Notes under the pieces: model-generated
Database searches by the model: none
The model's input: only the letters and a program-made list of their open reading frames with translations
What the model was told of the DNA's origin: nothing
NCBI RefSeq assembly: GCF_006345805.1
Contig: NC_042999.1
Span: 68,200,001 to 68,264,000, forward strand
Direction: 5' to 3'
Length of the DNA stretch: 64,000 nt
Origin: Octopus sinensis
Taxonomy: Eukaryota
Part shown: one piece after another, positions 52,312 through 63,830 of the stretch
Layout: each line of letters opens with the position of its first letter
Numbering within the stretch: position 1 is the first letter of the stretch
Position numbers and translations under genes: made by a program

Positions 52312-54506
52312 GTGAGTTAATGATTTCTTTTTCTTCCCTCTGGCTGGGTAGCCATGTATCTCCTCTACAGCAGCATACCTGTTTCTGACCTCATTCTTGA
52401 TCACTCTCTCTCTCCTTCCCTTGCTCTTCCTGCTGGTTAGGTAACCAAATATCTCCTTTACAGTAACACACCCATTTCTGTCCTCTTTCTTGTTACCCCT
52501 CTCTCCCTATCTCTCTCTTTCCCCCCCTTTCTCTCTCTGGTCAGCAAATCACGTACTCCTTTACAGCAAGACACCTGTTTCTGCTTCTCTATCTCTATGT
52601 CACACTCTAACCTTTCATCATCTGACACAAGATTATCTCCGATGCCCCCCCCTCTCAAAAATTCCTTGTCTCACAAGTTACTTGGTGACCCTGCTGGTGC
52701 CATGTAAAAAGCCTCCAGTCCACACTCTGCATGGATGTTGGCATTTGGAAGGGCATCCAGCTGTAAAAACCATGTCAAAACTTACCTTACCTGTGCTGGT
52801 GCCACATAAAAAGCACTCATTCCACTCTGCAGGTTTGTTGGTGTTAGGAAGGGCATCCAGCTATAAAAATCTTACCAAAACTGTTTCAAATTTTGGCACA
52901 GGGCCAATAATTTTGGGGAGGGGGTAAGTTGAGTACATTGATCCCCAGTGTTCAGCTGGTACTTATTTTATCAACCCCAAAAGGATAAAAGGCAAAGTTG
53001 ACCTTGACTGGATTTGAACTCAGAACATAAAGAGCTAGAAGAAATATCTAAATATTGACAAGTCCTTTTTACTATGCATACAAGGCCTGAAATTTTGGGG
53101 TGGGTGCTAATCAGTTATGATTTCATTGACTCTAAAGGATGAAAATCCAAGTCAACCTTGACCAAATTTAGACTCAGGCCATAAAAATGCTGCTTGATAG
53201 TGGTGTCTGAAATGGCCTGCACACCACCATATAACTTGTGTGACGTTGCATTTTTATTCTACCATTTTATTTTGAATTGCACATTGCGTTTTTATTCTTC
53301 TCTTTTGTTTTATAAGTTCAGTGTGCATATGCACATTGTGTGTTCATACTTCCAGGTCCTACTCACAGCCGTTTACAGATCATAACCATCTTAAGAAACT
53401 ATGATTGTGAGGAGCATTCTATGCCCTGATGGTTGTGAAAAAATAATAAGTATTATATTTCCTTAAACCCTTCACTTCCTATGGAGCATAAGCCAATGCT
53501 AACTTTATTGCACCAGTCTTGACTCTGGGTTCCCTTTGCTTCTCTGAAATTATATCCCTACTTTTGCCATTCTGTCTCTGTATCTTACCTCCCTGAAAGA
53601 AGGCCTTCCTCTCCCAGCTAATGTTGGTTTTCAATTGTCATTGATGCTTTTATAACTTTGCCTTCTTCTAGGTAGGGATGTTGGCCTTATGCAGACTTAT
53701 TTTTACATCTGGGAAGAGGTGGTCCATATTAATTTGGTTTTTATCCTTTGACCTGTCCAGCATGGAAGCCCCTATGAGGAGCTTGCACTACACTGGCCCT
53801 CAGTTCCATTGAGGCACATAGGTCAGCACATTGCAATAAGTTCTGGATCTTCATCATCATCATCATCATCGTTTAACATCCGCTTTCCATGCTAGCATGG
53901 GTTGGACGATTTTGACTGAGGGCTGGCAAACCAGATGGCTACACCAGGCTCCAATCTTGATCTGGCAGAGTTTCTACAGCTGGATGCCCTTCTTAACGTC
54001 AACCACTCCGAGAGTGTAGTGGGTGCTATTTACGTGCCACCGGCACAGGGCCAGTCAGGCGATACTGGCAATGACCTCACTCGGATCTTTTTACACATGC
54101 CACTGGCACAGGTGCCAGTATGGTGATGCTGGTAACAATCACGCTTTATACTAAATTTAAATATTTTATTTCTTACAATAATCAATAATAAAGTGTTTTT
54201 CTCAAGAACACAATATACCACCCGGTCTAGGAATTGAAACCATGGTCTCACAATCACGAGTGCAACACCCTAACCACTAATCCATGTGTCTTCACATAAT
54301 AATATATAATAATATTAGTAATAATAATAATAATGATTTCAAATTTTGGCACAGGGCCAGCAATTTCAGAGAGGGGTTAACAAGCATCTTTAACAGAACA
54401 CCGTGACATTTGCTGCCCCTTTTGAGCTCACAACGCACTAAAGGGGACAGTAGTGCTTGGGTTAAGAATCACTGAACTAGAACATATTGTATCCGTATAC
54501 TTGCAG

Positions 54507-54660
54507 AAACACAAGGTTGCCGTATATATTTTACAACTGATGGGACAAAACCAAGTCATTTCAAACGTAAAGTGGCCGGTCGAGAAATCACATTCAAATA
54601 CTTTGCTCCATTCACTCTGAAATCTGGGAAGAGAACAATTAAAACTATTGCTGTGTCCAG
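54507..54660 (+). CDS. DZANK1: DZANK1-like coding exon 2 (ETQGCRIYFTTDGTKPSHFKRKVAGREITFKYFAPFTLKSGKRTIKTIAVSR)
   Basis: IY(F/Y)TxDG(T/S)KP ... TFKYxxPxTL ... (I/V)KxIAVS motif of the Fn3-associated/CHB_HEX_C-like N-terminal domain of DZANK1. 154 nt, phase 1 in and phase 2 out, GT-AG. Missed by the ORF track. Confidence 0.92.
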
Positions 54661-54711
54661 GTAAAAGAAATTGTATCTGCTTCATTTGGCTTTCTCCTGT
54701 CTTAGTGCAGC

Positions 54712-54751
<40 letters not shown>

Positions 54752-57060
54752 TTCTTCTGGATCATCTATGCCATCATCACCACCATCAACACTATTCCTA
54801 TCAAAGCCATCACCCTCGACTCTGTTATCAACCTCAACACTGTTGTCTTCTTCTTCTTCATTTTCGTCTTTTTCTTCGTCTTCTTCCAATCAGAACTCAC
54901 GCCATTAGCCACAAAGAATAATCTCTAATTCGAGCCTACTTTAAACTACTAAGAATGCATGTGGCAACTTGAAGATCCACCCACCACATGCAGTAGACCG
55001 GCAGTTGCACGGGCGCAAAAGCTACGCTGTTATCCTCATTCTGTAAATGGTGGATTTTAACAGGTGGTGAGCTGAACCATCCTGGGGTACAGAGGATTCA
55101 CAATCTAGACTAGGGTTTGAAAGTTTACCACACCATAGTGGGTTACACCATGGTTCCTATGCTTTGTGGCAGAAGTAGGAAGAAAGAGTGAGAGAAAGTT
55201 GTGGTGAAAGAGTACAGCAGGGTTCCCCGAACCCCCGCCGGTGCTTCGTGGAGCTTAGGTGTTTTTGCTCAATAAACACTCACAATGCTCGGTCTGGGAA
55301 TCGAAACCGCGTTCTTACGACCGCGAGTCCGCTGGCCTAACCACTGGGCCATTGCACTTCCTCTAACACTGTTGTTGTCTTCAGTGCCATTGTCAGACTC
55401 CATCACCCTCAATGCCATCGTTGTCACCACCATCACCACCACCATCACTGCTTTCACTGTTGTCATCACCTCTGACATCATCATCAGCATCAACTATAGT
55501 TGTAAGTCTTTCCACTGTTATTTGATTTGCTAGAAATAACAATCAAATCTATGTCAAACTCCATCTTTGTCTTAAAAAATGAATGAATGCACTAAATAAC
55601 TATCCAGATATAAGACAGCATAAAACCAGATTTCTTTCTTTTCCTTTTTTTTGAGGCTAGAACATAAATCAAAATTTCATCACCGGAATTATAACATTTG
55701 GATCCAAAGATATGGATTTATTGATCAAGTCTAGTCATTTAGTTGTTGACTAACTACAAGTTGTATGTATGTTTGATCAAGTTTGACTTTGGGCTAAACA
55801 GTACAGTCTCATGCTTTTCCTCAATGGGGCTGGGGTCATCTTGTTAATGGTTTCATCAGGTGTTGTCATGCAAAAAGCCAACCGGGACCACCAGCACCTC
55901 CCATCACATATCATCCCCTCTGCATACAGGGGTCTGTTCTTATGCTAGGCAGTCTGGTTTCTTCTGCTCAGTATCATAACATGTTGAGGGTTCTTCTGGG
56001 TGAGTTTTTGGCCCTCTGCAGAATGGTTTAATGATGGGGCTGCCATCTTGGCAATGAGTCAATGTGCCACAGGTCACCATTAATCTGGAGCCTACCTGGG
56101 GAATCTAGATGGTAACATTCTCTTGGATTTATGGATCATGCAAGCCCCCTCACCATAAAGTCAGACCCAGGAGGGGGAAACAACATAGCAAAGAATAAAA
56201 TAAAATAAGAATTTGATAATTAATATTTTATTAAATTTAGCTAATTTATAGATTTTAGTTTTTGCAAAAATAGTTAAGTAGACAACATCCTAGATTGGCT
56301 TTGATTAAATAGACATATGGACAAAAGGAGTCCACCATTGACCATCCCATATGTTATTGTTTATTTATTGGTGATAGTGACGTTATTGGTGTTGGACGGT
56401 TATAACTGGAATGACTAGTCTACTCAATCAATACTAGTCTGGAGTTAAGCAATAACTTATCTACCCACCCAACTATTTTCAAACTGTGTTTCGTTACTTG
56501 ATCAATCTTTATCTTTTACTTGCTTCAATCATTATACTGTAACCATTTATCAAACATCACAGAACTCTTAGCTACCTCTCATGGAACTTTAGGGTTTGGG
56601 AAAACCTCTTATTTCTTTATTGCCCACAAGGGGCTAAACATAGAGGGGACAAACAAGGACAGACAAAGGACAGCCTGATTACATTGACTCCAGTTCATAA
56701 CTGGTACTTATTTAATTGACCCCGAAAGGATGAAAGGCAAAGTTGACCTCGGCGGAATTTGAACTCAGAACGTAGCGGCAGACAAAATACGGCTAAGCAT
56801 TTCACCCGGCATGCTAACGTTTCTGCCAGCCTGCTGCCTCTATTAAGAAACATTGCTCTAGGATACAATTTGAGAGAGAATTTTGCTGTTTTTTTTTGGG
56901 GGGGGGGGTTCTAGCAGGTCCAGTGACACATAGAAGCTCCTTCATTAGCTTTCTGTATTTCATATTTCATTATTTTCGTATGTAAAATATTCAATTACAA
57001 AGGACGGAATTTGTAATGAAATCGTATCGTTTCATCTTCAAAACTCTATATCTCTTCCAG

Positions 57061-57202
57061 AGATGGACTTCAAGAAAGTGCTGTTGTCACTAAAACATTT
57101 TTTGTGGAAAATGTCCAAGAGTCTGATACCGACAATTCATATGAATACTTCCGCCCAGTCAAAAGCAACGAACCTTTCAAATCCTCCAGTTATTATAGTA
57201 AA
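57061..57202 (+). CDS. DZANK1: DZANK1-like coding exon 3 (R-DGLQESAVVTKTFFVENVQESDTDNSYEYFRPVKSNEPFKSSSYYSK)
   Basis: ctcttccag acceptor, GTAAGT donor. ESAVVTKTFFVE completes the N-terminal domain. Phase 2 in, phase 0 out. Confidence 0.9.
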
Positions 57203-57370
57203 GTAAGTCTTTAGCTCCTCTGGTGATGAGCCCTGTTTTGTTTTTAATTACACTTTCTTCTGTCTTCACCATACATCAATCAACATAATTTACCCAGTTC
57301 TATATTTAAGAGATGAGGAATTATGTACATTATTTACATTTGATGGATATTTGTCTTCATCTTTGTTGTT

Positions 57371-57416
57371 AACACAACATTTCGGTTGATATACCCTCCA
57401 GCCTTCTTCAGGTGTC
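57371..57416 (-). ncRNA. Degenerate minimal type I hammerhead ribozyme core (mirror copy)
   Basis: GACAC-CUGAAGA-a-GGCUG...CAACC-GAAAU-GUU-GUGUU on the minus strand; one mismatch in stem II. Confidence 0.55.
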
Positions 57417-57732
57417 TTGGGGAAATTTTGAACCTGGGTTTTCATTCCGAAGGTATTTTTCGATATTATTATTATTATTAATAACATTATTATTATTATT
57501 ATTCAGGTTACTGCCTGGAATCGAACTCAGAATCTTGGGGTTAGTAGCCCACGCTCTTAACCACTATGCCCACGGGCATATGGCGTAGTGGTTAAGAGTG
57601 TGGGCTACTAAACCCAAGATTTTGACTTTGATTCCAGGCAGTGACCTGAATAATAATAATAATAATAGTAATAATAATAATAATATTTAAAAATACCTTA
57701 GGAATGAGAACCCAGGTTCAAAATTTCCCAAA

Positions 57733-57778
57733 GACACCTGATGAAGGCCGGAGGGTATATCAACCGAAATGTTGTGTT
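57733..57778 (+). ncRNA. Degenerate minimal type I hammerhead ribozyme core
   Basis: GACAC-CUGAUGA-a-GGCCG...CAACC-GAAAU-GUU-GUGUU. Stem I pairs GACAC/GUGUU, stem II has two mismatches, GAAAU replaces GAAAC. Confidence 0.55.
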
Positions 57779-58363
57779 AACAACAAAGATGAGGACAAAT
57801 ATCCATCAGATGTAAATAATGTGTAATTTACCCATCACCACACCACATGACTAAAGACAGAAGGGATGAGAAGAGAGAAGAAGAAAAAGTTGTAAATAAT
57901 ACAGAAACATACAGGGTAATACACACACAATAGACATACATGCACTTACCTGTGATACAAGAAATAGAGATAGATGTATGAAAGAAAAAACAAATATATA
58001 GATAAATAAATATATTTGTCACATACCTGGGATAAATATAAGATATAGATAAAGTAAATAAATCTATATAAAGGCCATGGATACATACAACATATGAAGC
58101 AAACCCATACACACACACACAAACACTCACAAGAAATTTCATTGACGGCCAGAAGAATTTCAACAGGATTAACAATGGCAGCAACAGTGGGGTGACAACA
58201 ATGGCAATAACAACAACTACCACAATGGCAACACTGTGGGCAAACACACAAACACAGAGGAATACAAGAACTGTACCAAATTTCCGGGTCTTAGGACAGC
58301 AGCAGCACAATGGGGTGAGAGGATGGGGCTGAGGGGAAGGCCACACTGCTGCTCAGAACTATG

Positions 58364-58400
<37 letters not shown>

Positions 58401-58509
58401 CACACACAAACAAGGACACAAATGCATACACATCTTAGAAGAAGAGAATGGAGTAAGTGAAGCAAGAACACACTCGAAAACGAAAAGTGTTGCTGAAGAG
58501 ATCACTCAT

Positions 58510-58730
58510 CATTCTCATCCTTTGACCAACCTATGGTTGGTTGGAACTCCATTGATAATCGCTTTCCACACTACACGGTCATGTGTTGCTGTGTTCAGAT
58601 CCATAATACCCAGCCCTGAATCCAAAGGTGAAGTATCTGGAAATGTCAGTTTTCTGGAGAAAACACTTCCAGAGGAATGCCACAGATGTGTGACAAAAGA
58701 TTTCCAGACAATGGACAGGAGTTAAAATTA
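58510..58730 (-). mobile_element. RTE-type LINE 3' end remnant
   Basis: RKLTFPDTSPLDSGLGIMDLNTATHDRVVWKAIINGVPT...VKG* followed by a gatga tail. Confidence 0.55.
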
Positions 58731-59297
58731 CAAAATAAGAACAGTAATAAACGAGTGAAGAGGAAATATATAATGCATGGGTTTATTTGGCAAAAGAAAA
58801 CAAACAAAAAATGACCACTCCGAAATACAGTATCTGTTTCACATCAGGAATCTTGCAGCATGAATTTTATTAAATCACTTGACTTCAAGTCAAGTTGTAT
58901 TTATATGGGAGATGTGTGTTGCTCACACACACACACACACACACACACAAAACAAGTTTCTTTCAGTTTCCATCTGTCACATCCACTCACAAGGCTTTGG
59001 TTGTGGGACTGATCCTGGAACCATGTGGTTGGGAAGAAAGCTTCTTACCACACAGCCATCATCATTTAACATCTGTTGTCCATGCTAGCATGGGTTGGAC
59101 GGTTTGACCAGGGCTGGTAAGCTGAGGGGCTGCACCAGACTCTAGGCTGACTTGGATGGTTTCTATGGCTGGATGCCCTTCCTAGTGCCAACCACTCCGA
59201 GAGTGTAATGGGTGCTATTACGTACCACCAGCATGGGTGTCAGTTTTCATGACACCAATATCTTTGTCTGTCTGTCTATCTCTCTCCCTCCCTCCCT

Positions 59298-59398
<101 letters not shown>

Positions 59399-59471
59399 AA
59401 CAGGAATGATATAATCATATTTTTGATGAGTTCATTTTCCTTTCAACACTTTTATCTTCTCTTAATTACAG

Positions 59472-59616
59472 AATGACCATTTCCTGTCTGAAGGAGAAGA
59501 CAAAGACAACCAAATGGTATCTGTTCAACAATCAAGGGAATTCCCTGTTCATCAAGCTTGGGAAGAAGAAAATGAGGATTTCTATGACCACAGAATTAAT
59601 TACAGAAATTCTTCAG
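59472..59616 (+). CDS. DZANK1: DZANK1-like coding exon 4 (NDHFLSEGEDKDNQMVSVQQSREFPVHQAWEEENEDFYDHRINYRNSS-E)
   Basis: Open 145-nt frame between a tacag acceptor and a weak GTTTTT donor. Phase-compatible with exons 3 and 5. No motif-level homology recognised. Confidence 0.7.
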
Positions 59617-60239
59617 GTTTTTAAGGCCACAAATTTTTCTTTAATATTTTTTCTCCAAGTTTAAGTTGTTAGTATTTCTGATTAGTTCTTCCATGTGGCA
59701 GTTTTAATGTTTCCAATAATCATTATTACCTATTTCTTTACTACCCACAAGGGGCTAAACACAGAGAGGACAAACAAGGACAGACAAACGGATTGTTGAT
59801 TATATATTGACCCCAGTGCGTAACTGATACTTATTTAATCGACCCTGAAAGGATGAAAGGCAAAGCCTACCTCGGCGGAATTTGAACTCAGAACGTAACG
59901 GCAGACGAAATACTGCTAAGCATTTCGCCCGGCGCGCTAACGTTTCTGCCAGCTCGCCGCCTTTATTACCATTTAACGTCTGCTTTCCATGTTGGCATGA
60001 GTTGGACGGTTTGACATGGAGCTGGCTTGCAGGGAACTGTCCAGACACCAGCTGTCTGTTGTGGCATGGATGCTCTTCCTAATGCCAACCTTTTAGCAGA
60101 GTGTGCTGGCTGCATTTTATGTGCCACCAGCATGGGTGCATTAATGCAGCACCAGCACATGTGCATTTACACAACACTAGCACAGGTGCTTTTTAAGTGG
60201 CACCGGCACCTGAAAAGACAAACCTGTATGTATGGAAGA

Positions 60240-60720
60240 CAACAACTTTACTTAGCTTGACATGTCTTATCAAGTACAGCAAATCACCACATCTCCCAGT
60301 CCCTTGTCATTTCCTCAATGAGGCCCAGCATCCAAAGATCCCTTCTCATCACTTCATCCCATATCTTCCTGGGTCTACCCCTTCCACTGGCACCCTCCAC
60401 AATTAGAGCTCTCAGCACTTCTTTATGCAGCTGTCATCACCCGTATGCATTACATGTGTAAATATTCTTTCACCCTCCAGTTGTTTGACATGGATTAATG
60501 TTTTAAAAAAAACGGCAGTGAATTTGTAAAGTTGAGAGAGTATTGGATTAAATGTCTTCCCTGAAGCTTTTCCCTCATGATTGTGAGCTGCCATTTTTAC
60601 TTCACCTTTGTACAGTGTTTCCCAGCCTATTTTCCCCCTGGAAAATGTATGCCCCATGGTTGGTTGGGAACAAAGAACAGGTGTAGCATGTTTGCTGTGA
60701 AAAAAAAATGTTGTTTCAGC
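60240..60720 (-). mobile_element. RTE LINE 3' remnant
   Basis: GRPRKIWDEV motif on the minus strand; frame-broken. Confidence 0.55.
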
Positions 60721-61578
60721 TGTTCTTAACAAGCCCTAGGTCAGTTCTGATTGGGTTAATTGATCTGCTTGAACTAGCAGCTGAATTTCCCCAAAATCAC
60801 AATCACACTTTACTGTCTCAGAGAGAAAAAAGGGGGGCATTTTGAATAATGCAATCAAAGATATACAGAAAGATGGGATGGTCAGAACTGGATTGTCCAA
60901 CACCAAGCTAAACAACGATAACCTATGATCAAAAGGTTTCTCAGGCATGACTATCTCACTTTTTATTCACACATAGTATTCCTAGAGCTACATTATCCAA
61001 TGTGTCTAAGAGTGGCAGTCATAAGAAATAGGAGATTTGAAAGACATGTGGCTGTTAATTCTAGCAACCCAAATAACTATGTGGAAATACCCTTTTTAGC
61101 TCAAGATACATTAGATAATTCATATTAACCCTTCGTTCTAAAATATTCAAAAACCTGCTCTAGAAAGCATCATAAATGATAATTTGGAGGTTTAGTGGCT
61201 TTTGAGGCTTTCTGCACCGGACCCCCTTCACTCAGTAAACTCAGCTGGTTGATCAAATCTTGACTTGATCCTGTAGCAGCAAACCACTGACTTGCCCTGC
61301 CCATTTTATTCAAAGCCATCTGGTGATCTCTGCTGGTTTGGGGATAGAATATATGACCCTTCTCTTTGCTGTAATCCCTAACTCCAAGCTTAGTCAGTTT
61401 TGCAGAATGAATGCTGCCACTAAACCCTGACAGCTTACTCCATTTAGCTTCCAGTATCCCCCACGAGCTTAGGCTTTTGCACTGCTCTGCCAGTTCCTTC
61501 CAAGGAGCTGGCAGAGCAAAAATTCATCATATAATCTACAGTGGCACCCTTAAAACAAAATTATTATTTTATTTGCAG

Positions 61579-61742
61579 AGATGCAGGAACTCCAAAAATC
61601 TATCCAGCCAACCAACTACTCTGGAACACAAATCAATATGTTTGGAGTGCCTCCCAATCTATCCAGAAATTTCCATGAATGTTTTAATCAATTCCAACCC
61701 AAACCCACACAATATGGATTTATCACCGAACAAATGATACGA
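61579..61742 (+). CDS. DZANK1: DZANK1-like coding exon 5 (E-MQELQKSIQPTNYSGTQINMFGVPPNLSRNFHECFNQFQPKPTQYGFITEQMIR)
   Basis: tttgcag acceptor, GTAAGC donor, 164 nt, phase 1 in and phase 0 out. Confidence 0.75.
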
Positions 61743-62067
61743 GTAAGCCAGACATCAATTTACAGTCAAAATTAGTTTTGCAGTTATTGGTTATTTTGCT
61801 TTTTTGTGTATTTTGTATTTCTTTTTCTTAGATCCCATAATACTTGTTTCAATCATTGGACTACAGCCATGCTGGGGCACTGCCTTAAAGGGTCTTTTAG
61901 TTGAACAAATTGACCCCATTACTGGTTTAAGTATGGTACTTATTCTATCGGTCTCTATTGCTGAGCTGTTTATTTACAGAGATGTAAACAAAGCAACACT
62001 ACTTGTCTGTCTGTCTATCTGTATCTGTGTACCTATCTATGTATCTCTCTATCTATCTGTAACTATC

Positions 62068-62179
<112 letters not shown>

Positions 62180-62403
62180 CATGTGTAAAAGATTCGAGCA
62201 AGGTCGTTGCCAGTGCTGCCTGACTGGCACGTAAAAGCACCCACTACACTCTCGGAGTAGTTGGGATTAGGAAGGGCATCCAGCTGTAGAAACTCTGCCA
62301 GATCAAGATTGAAGCCTGGTGCAGCCATCTGGTTCGCCAGCCCTCAGTCATATGTCCAACCCATGCGAGCATGGAAAGCGGACGTTAAACGATGATGATG
62401 ATG
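62180..62403 (-). mobile_element. SINE family C (RTE-like (gat)n tail), representative
   Basis: Core cagctggatgcccttcctaacgccaaccactcc. Copies at about 7690-7850, 8585-8960, 11125-11570, 12850-13020, 13410-13705, 17340-17655, 21605-21935, 24950-25215, 27230-27390, 53853-54140, 59060-59250 and 62730-62990. Confidence 0.85.
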
Positions 62404-62479
62404 ATATATGTAGTTTGTAGAAATACATAAATCCAGAGGAGGAGCACACTCTAAGATGAAGAGAATCAAATATTATAAT

Positions 62480-62709
62480 GGGGGGGACTAGTTTATGGAG
62501 TTACCATGGGTTTTTCGCTCATAAGGGATTTAACCTCACAGCATATCTTCAGATCCCAAACACTGCTGGCCTAAGACCTCTTCAAAAATTTCCCCCTCCA
62601 TGTTTTGAAGAGGTCTCAGGCCAGCAGTGTTTGGGGTCTGAAGATACGCCATAAGGCTAAACCCTTATGAGTGAAAAACCCAGGGTAACCCCATAAACCA
62701 ACCTCCAAC
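62480..62709. mobile_element. Hairpin MITE in DZANK1 intron 5
   Basis: Two roughly 105-nt arms in inverted orientation around a short loop. Flanking attataat at 62472-62479 and 62710-62717. Confidence 0.75.
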
Positions 62710-63207
62710 ATTATAATATATATATATATCATCATCATCGTTTAACATCCGCTTTCCATGCTAGCATGGGTTGGCCGGTTCGACTGGGGTCTGGGATGCC
62801 AGGAGGCTGTACCAGGCCCAGTCTGATCTGGCAGTGTTTCTACAGCTGGATGCCCTTCCTAACGCCAACCACTCCGTGAGTGTAGTGGGTGCTTTTTACG
62901 TGTCACTGGCACAGAGGCCAGTCGAGGCGGCGCTGGCAACAGCCACGTTTGGTTGGTTCTTATATATGCCACCGGCATCACAACTACAAGTTCCATTGAT
63001 TTCGCAAGGTGTTCGCAAGCAGAGTTTTGTGTCCCAAGAAGGAAAGGTATGCATAAGTGGACTGGCTACAACCCAGGTAGAGGCCATGGGTTATGGTCTC
63101 ACTAGTCATTGCCTCGGTAAGACCTAATGTTTGAAGGTCGTATATTTATATGTATATATAATCTGTCACACACAATATATGAGAATTACTATATATTTAC
63201 CTTTCAG

Positions 63208-63400
63208 GGTCTAAATGATAATAACAGGGCTGTAACTATTGGTGAAATAAGGAACATCATTGAAGAAAATCAACAGAAACAGAATCCTGAAGTTAGGCAG
63301 TCTGTTCCTTTAGCTTTACCTGAAGCTCCTGTCAAGACGAAGGTTGTTGAACGCCTTACATATCGGGATCCACCATTACAAGATGTCAGTGTAGGTCAAG
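63208..63400 (+). CDS. DZANK1: DZANK1-like coding exon 6 (GLNDNNRAVTIGEIRNIIEENQQKQNPEVRQSVPLALPEAPVKTKVVERLTYRDPPLQDVSVGQ-G); gene continues beyond the window
   Basis: ctttcag acceptor, phase 0. PPLQDVSVGQG resembles the PLLTAISPGRG motif I recall from DZANK1. The 3' end is placed at a GC donor (AAG|GCAAGT); an alternative GT donor lies at 63395. Confidence 0.75.
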
Positions 63401-63441
63401 GCAAGTATTGTTTCCTAATCTAATCCTATCATAAAATGATT

Positions 63442-63577
63442 CTCCAGAAGGGTTAATTCCATAATATAATTATCCTCCAGATGTCCTTTCATCATATGAT
63501 ACTCCAGATGTGTTAATCCTTTTATAACATGATCCTCCAGATGTGTTAATCCTCTTATAACATGATCCTCCAGATGA
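63442..63577. repeat. 33-bp minisatellite
   Basis: ctccagatgtgttaatcct(t/c)ttataacatgatc at 63502 and 63535, with degenerate copies at 63442 and 63475. Confidence 0.8.
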
Positions 63578-63689
63578 ATAAACAGCCTTCATTGCCTGTT
63601 TCTCGAAAAGCCTTACTTTCTTCCTTAGATGATCCTGCAGATAAGTTGATCTCATATTATGACCCTCTAGAAGTGTTAATCCTTTAATC

Positions 63690-63830
63690 TTGTACACTAA
63701 ATTCATCACTGCACCCATGGCCAACTCTTACCTTACTAACAGCACCCCTCTACATGGCCTGTACTGCTTTCACAAGCCATTCGTCTATCCCTAGCTTCCT
63801 CAGAGACCACCATATCACAGATTGAGGTAC
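63690..63830 (-). mobile_element. RTE LINE reverse transcriptase fragment
   Basis: WWSLRKLGIDEWLVKAVQAM*RGAVSKVRVG. Confidence 0.65.

Larger units (their letters stand above)
57296..57823. mobile_element. Palindromic (head-to-head) non-autonomous element: tRNA-like head, (AAT)n, Penelope-like tail with hammerhead core; 10-bp TSD
   Basis: Arms 57327-57570 and about 57575-57822 are reverse complements. TSD taatttaccc at 57286-57295 and 57824-57833. A-box TGGCGTAGTGG and B-box GAGTTCGATTCC (B box intact on the left arm). Confidence 0.8.

Noticed and set aside
53310-53450. Candidate DZANK1 exon after ttccag
   Set aside because: In phase 1 it reaches a stop (...EEHSMP*) with no phase-2 donor. 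Exon 54507-54660 bridges the phases and carries the homology.
57575-57647. Functional tRNA gene
   Set aside because: It is the head of the palindromic element. The B box is mutated on this arm and no full cloverleaf can be supported. Other tRNA-like heads (31083, 47360) are SINEs.
57828-58346. 172-aa hydrophobic minus-strand ORF
   Set aside because: Low-complexity TG/TTG-rich sequence with no recognisable domain; hydrophobicity is expected from the composition.
58441-58725. Open plus-strand frame as an extra DZANK1 exon
   Set aside because: It is the antisense of an RTE-type LINE 3' end, and the acceptor at 58598 gives an early stop in the required phase.
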